A stretch of DNA of 64,000 nucleotides from Tagaea sp. (lineage in GTDB: Bacteria; Pseudomonadota; Alphaproteobacteria; CACIAM-22H2), in the NCBI GenBank assembly GCA_965279525.1, contig CBDIIB010000002.1, positions 64,001-128,000 on the forward strand. The letters are read 5' to 3'. Position 1 is the first letter of the stretch; the number at the start of each line of letters is the position of its first letter. Shown here in pieces: positions 61,756-64,000 of the stretch. The translations under genes and the position numbers were made by a program. The notes beneath the pieces were generated by a model. The model worked only from the letters and a program-made list of their open reading frames with translations. It was not told where the DNA came from and did not search any database.

Positions 61756-61983
61756 TCAGGCGCCGGTCGCCGCGACTTCACTGCGCCGGAACATGTCCGG
61801 ATTCATCAGGGCCGCGAACGAGAACGTGCGCTGGATCGACGCATTGTCGAGCCTGCGCAGGCGCGCATGCGGGATCTTGTTGGGGTCCTGGAACACCAAC
61901 TCGATCTCCCAACTGATCGATTCACGCCCGATCGCGACGAAACGGTCGCCGATCTTGAATCCGTCATTCTTGTTGCGAAACAT
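61756..61983 (-). CDS. Small hypothetical protein (75 aa)
   Basis: Fits between neighbours without overlap, GGAAAT before the ATG, beta-rich protein-like sequence (GDRF...WEI...PHARL). Confidence 0.55.
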   Translation of the reverse strand: MFRNKNDGFKIGDRFVAIGRESISWEIELVFQDPNKIPHARLRRLDNASIQRTFSFAALMNPDMFRRSEVAATGA

Positions 61984-62223
61984 CGATTTCCGTCACTTCA
62001 AGTAGAGCTGTCTATCGAAACGGAATCTAGTCGCTCGCCGGCGCGACGTAAAGGCCCGCACGTCCTCCAACCGCATTCCTGTCGCATGTCGGATCTTGCC
62101 GGAAAAACCGCCGAGGGATTTTAAATCAAGTCGGTCGAGCATCGTCGATTGCCTTCATTGATCTATTTCCATGCGACGTGTCGAATTGGCCGCCGCTGAT
62201 ATGGCGACAAAAGCCGGATGGTT

Positions 62224-62276
62224 TGCAAAATGCAAAACGAATGTCCGTGCCGAAGTGCAGGATGTGCAAAATGCAA
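62224..62276 (+). repeat. Direct repeat TGCAAAATGCAA x2 in the pel-like promoter region
   Basis: Exact 12-mers at 62224-62235 and 62265-62276, each preceded by GGATG within 0-3 nt. Confidence 0.65.
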
Positions 62277-62378
62277 TATTCGCGAGGCATGCATTTGCGC
62301 GCGAGTCCATGGACTTAGTGCTAAACTTCCATCCGATTCGCGGCCCGATCGAACGCGATCCACACCAAGATACGGAAC

Positions 62379-63245
62379 ATGACCGCTTTGCGCATCCTTC
62401 CCCGCGCATCGACGCCGATTCTGGGAGCCCTGCTCGTGCTATCTGCGCTCTTCGGGTTCGCGCGTGCGAATGACGTGCCTTTCCGATGGGCCGTCTACTA
62501 CGGTGCGAATGCGCCGCCGGAAGCGTTCGCCGAGCATCGCATGGTCGTTTTCGATTCCGACCGGCATCCCGACATCGAGCCGATCGCGGCGCGCCGCACG
62601 CAGGTTCTGGGCTATCTCAGCATCGGCGAAGTGCATCGCACGCGCAGCTATTTCGCCGAAGTCGAACGCGAAGGGCTGCTCGTCTACGAGAATCCGACAT
62701 GGCCCGGCGCATTCGCCGTCGATGTGCGCGATGCGCGCTGGCGCAAGCGCATCGTAGATGAGCTCGTGCCGGCGATTCTGGCGCGCGGCTTTCAGGGCGT
62801 TTTCCTGGATACGGCAGACACCGCGATCGATCTCGAGCGGCGCGACCGAACGAAATTTGCCGGAGCGACGCTGGCGACGATCGAGCTGGTCAAGGCGATC
62901 CGCAATCGCCACCCGCGGATCGCGATCGTCCTCAACCGCGGCTACGAGATATTGCCCGCCGTGGAGACCGCGATCGACATGGTACTTGCCGAATCGCTCG
63001 TCACGGCGTGGGATTTTCCGAACAAGATGCCGCGTATGGCACCTGCCGGCGAACGCGCGGCGCAGGTCGCCCAGCTTGTCGACGCGCGCCGACGCACGCC
63101 CAAGCTGCGCGTGCTGGCACTCGAGTACTGGACGCCGGACGACGCCGCCAAGATCAAGGAGATCTACGCACAGGTTCGAGCACTCGGCTTCGCGCCCTAT
63201 GTCGCGACGGTCGCTCTTGATCGCGTGGTGCCGGAACCGCGATGA
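62379..63245 (+). CDS. PelA-type glycoside hydrolase (endo-alpha-1,4-(N-acetyl)galactosaminidase, GH166/GH114-like)
   Basis: Signal peptide, YLSIGE, W....DV...W, GFQGVFLDT, NRGYEIL, VLAES, LEY, GFAPYV...LD. Confidence 0.85.
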   Translation: MTALRILPRASTPILGALLVLSALFGFARANDVPFRWAVYYGANAPPEAFAEHRMVVFDSDRHPDIEPIAARRTQVLGYLSIGEVHRTRSYFAEVEREGLLVYENPTWPGAFAVDVRDARWRKRIVDELVPAILARGFQGVFLDTADTAIDLERRDRTKFAGATLATIELVKAIRNRHPRIAIVLNRGYEILPAVETAIDMVLAESLVTAWDFPNKMPRMAPAGERAAQVAQLVDARRRTPKLRVLALEYWTPDDAAKIKEIYAQVRALGFAPYVATVALDRVVPEPR

Positions 63246-64000
63246 AGCGTTTTGCGATTCTGATTCTATGCATGGCCGGTCTGCTTGCGCCGGCGCGGGT
63301 CGACGCCCAGGTCCAGCCGCGCCGTGTTTTCGTTCTCTGGGATTCGTCGGTAACGACGCGCTGGCGCGAGACATTCGCCCACCTGATGCTCGAGATGCCG
63401 CTCAACCGGCTGGGCTATGTGGTCGAGCCTGTCGATGTCGCCGGACCGCTGCCCGACGCTTCCGCGTTCGACGGCGTCCATGCGGTGATTTCTTGGCTCG
63501 AGGCCGATACCGTGCCCGACGCGCGCGCCGCATTCGGCTTCATCGAGGCGGCGACGGCGCGCGGCCTGCGGTTCGTGCAGTTCGGCGATGCCGCTTTCCT
63601 GCGCGGACGCGACGGCGCTCCCAGCGTGTCGATCGCCGAGGGCAATCGCGTGTTCGCGCGCGCCGGCTTCCGGCTCAGCGAAGATTTCGTCCGGTTGACG
63701 TTCGACGTCGAGGTCCTGCGCAAGGATACGGCCCTTGTCGAATACGAGCGGCCGCTCGACCGCGTATTGCCACCTTATCCGGTGTGGCGGCCGCTCGATG
63801 CGCGGACGCGCTCGCTGCTCGTGCTGCGCCGCCGCGGCCAGCCGGACACCGAGAGCCACGTCGTGATGCTCGCACCGGGCGGCGGCCTCGCGAGTTTCGG
63901 CTACTCGCATTTCTTCGAGCCGGAGTTGCGCCGGCGCCAGTGGCGCATCGACCCGTTCGAGTTCCTGACCGCCGCGCTTGGTGCCGGGGGCGGGCCGGTA
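63242..64000 (+). CDS. PelA M-domain-like protein (probably followed by a deacetylase domain); runs off the right edge of the window
   Basis: Absent from the ORF track. Manual translation: MKRFAILILCMAGLLAPARVDA-QVQPRRVFVLWD...HLMLEMPLNRLGY...WRIDPFEFLTAAL. ATGA overlap with the hydrolase gene. Confidence 0.78.
   Translation, partial: MKRFAILILCMAGLLAPARVDAQVQPRRVFVLWDSSVTTRWRETFAHLMLEMPLNRLGYVVEPVDVAGPLPDASAFDGVHAVISWLEADTVPDARAAFGFIEAATARGLRFVQFGDAAFLRGRDGAPSVSIAEGNRVFARAGFRLSEDFVRLTFDVEVLRKDTALVEYERPLDRVLPPYPVWRPLDARTRSLLVLRRRGQPDTESHVVMLAPGGGLASFGYSHFFEPELRRRQWRIDPFEFLTAALGAGGGPV

Noticed and set aside
62281-62302. Possible sigma54 promoter AGGCATGCATTTGC before the pel-like operon
   Set aside because: GG-to-GC spacing is 9 or 11 nt, not the required 10.
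62155-62473. Short ORFs 62171-62473 (+), 62155-62409 (-) and 62163-62363 (-)
   Set aside because: Atypical codon usage, no motifs, and two of them overlap the hydrolase start. The region reads better as regulatory DNA.

Overview
This is a GC-rich, densely packed chromosomal window. Its gene content (ffs-dnaX-ybaB-recR, a DUF3572-like gene, hrpB, a CtrA-type motif) points to an alphaproteobacterium, probably Rhodospirillales-like (inference). I found no transposase, integrase, prophage, tRNA, rRNA or CRISPR array. Housekeeping blocks: queG-queA-tgt-queF divergent from xdhA-xdhB-xdhC; ffs-dnaX-ybaB-recR-rmuC; nudC; arfB; psuG; hrpB. Catabolism and transport: a sugar-acid dehydratase with a TAXI-TRAP transporter; a branched-chain-type ABC transporter, probably for aromatic acids, with an atypical MBL-fold protein; an AllG/AllF/AllH-like (YahG/F/E-like) trio. 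Best leads: (1) an approximately 9-kb uncharacterised biosynthetic locus (48.5-57.5 kb) with a non-QueD PTPS-family enzyme, a stand-alone RibD reductase, an MDR dehydrogenase, two glycosyltransferases, three methyltransferase domains, a CDP-alcohol phosphatidyltransferase-FkbM fusion and an LtaS/EptA-like membrane transferase, which suggests a new lipid head group or surface modification; (2) an unannotated approximately 84-nt small RNA (9258-9341, minus strand) with its own sigma54 promoter, a CU-rich anti-Shine-Dalgarno linker and a terminator, resembling the suhB/alpha-r8 family; (3) a PelA split exactly at the hydrolase/M-domain boundary; (4) a diverged tandem pair of 2OG-Fe(II) oxygenases. 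All calls come from motif recognition by eye. No database searches were run, and start codons are best estimates.
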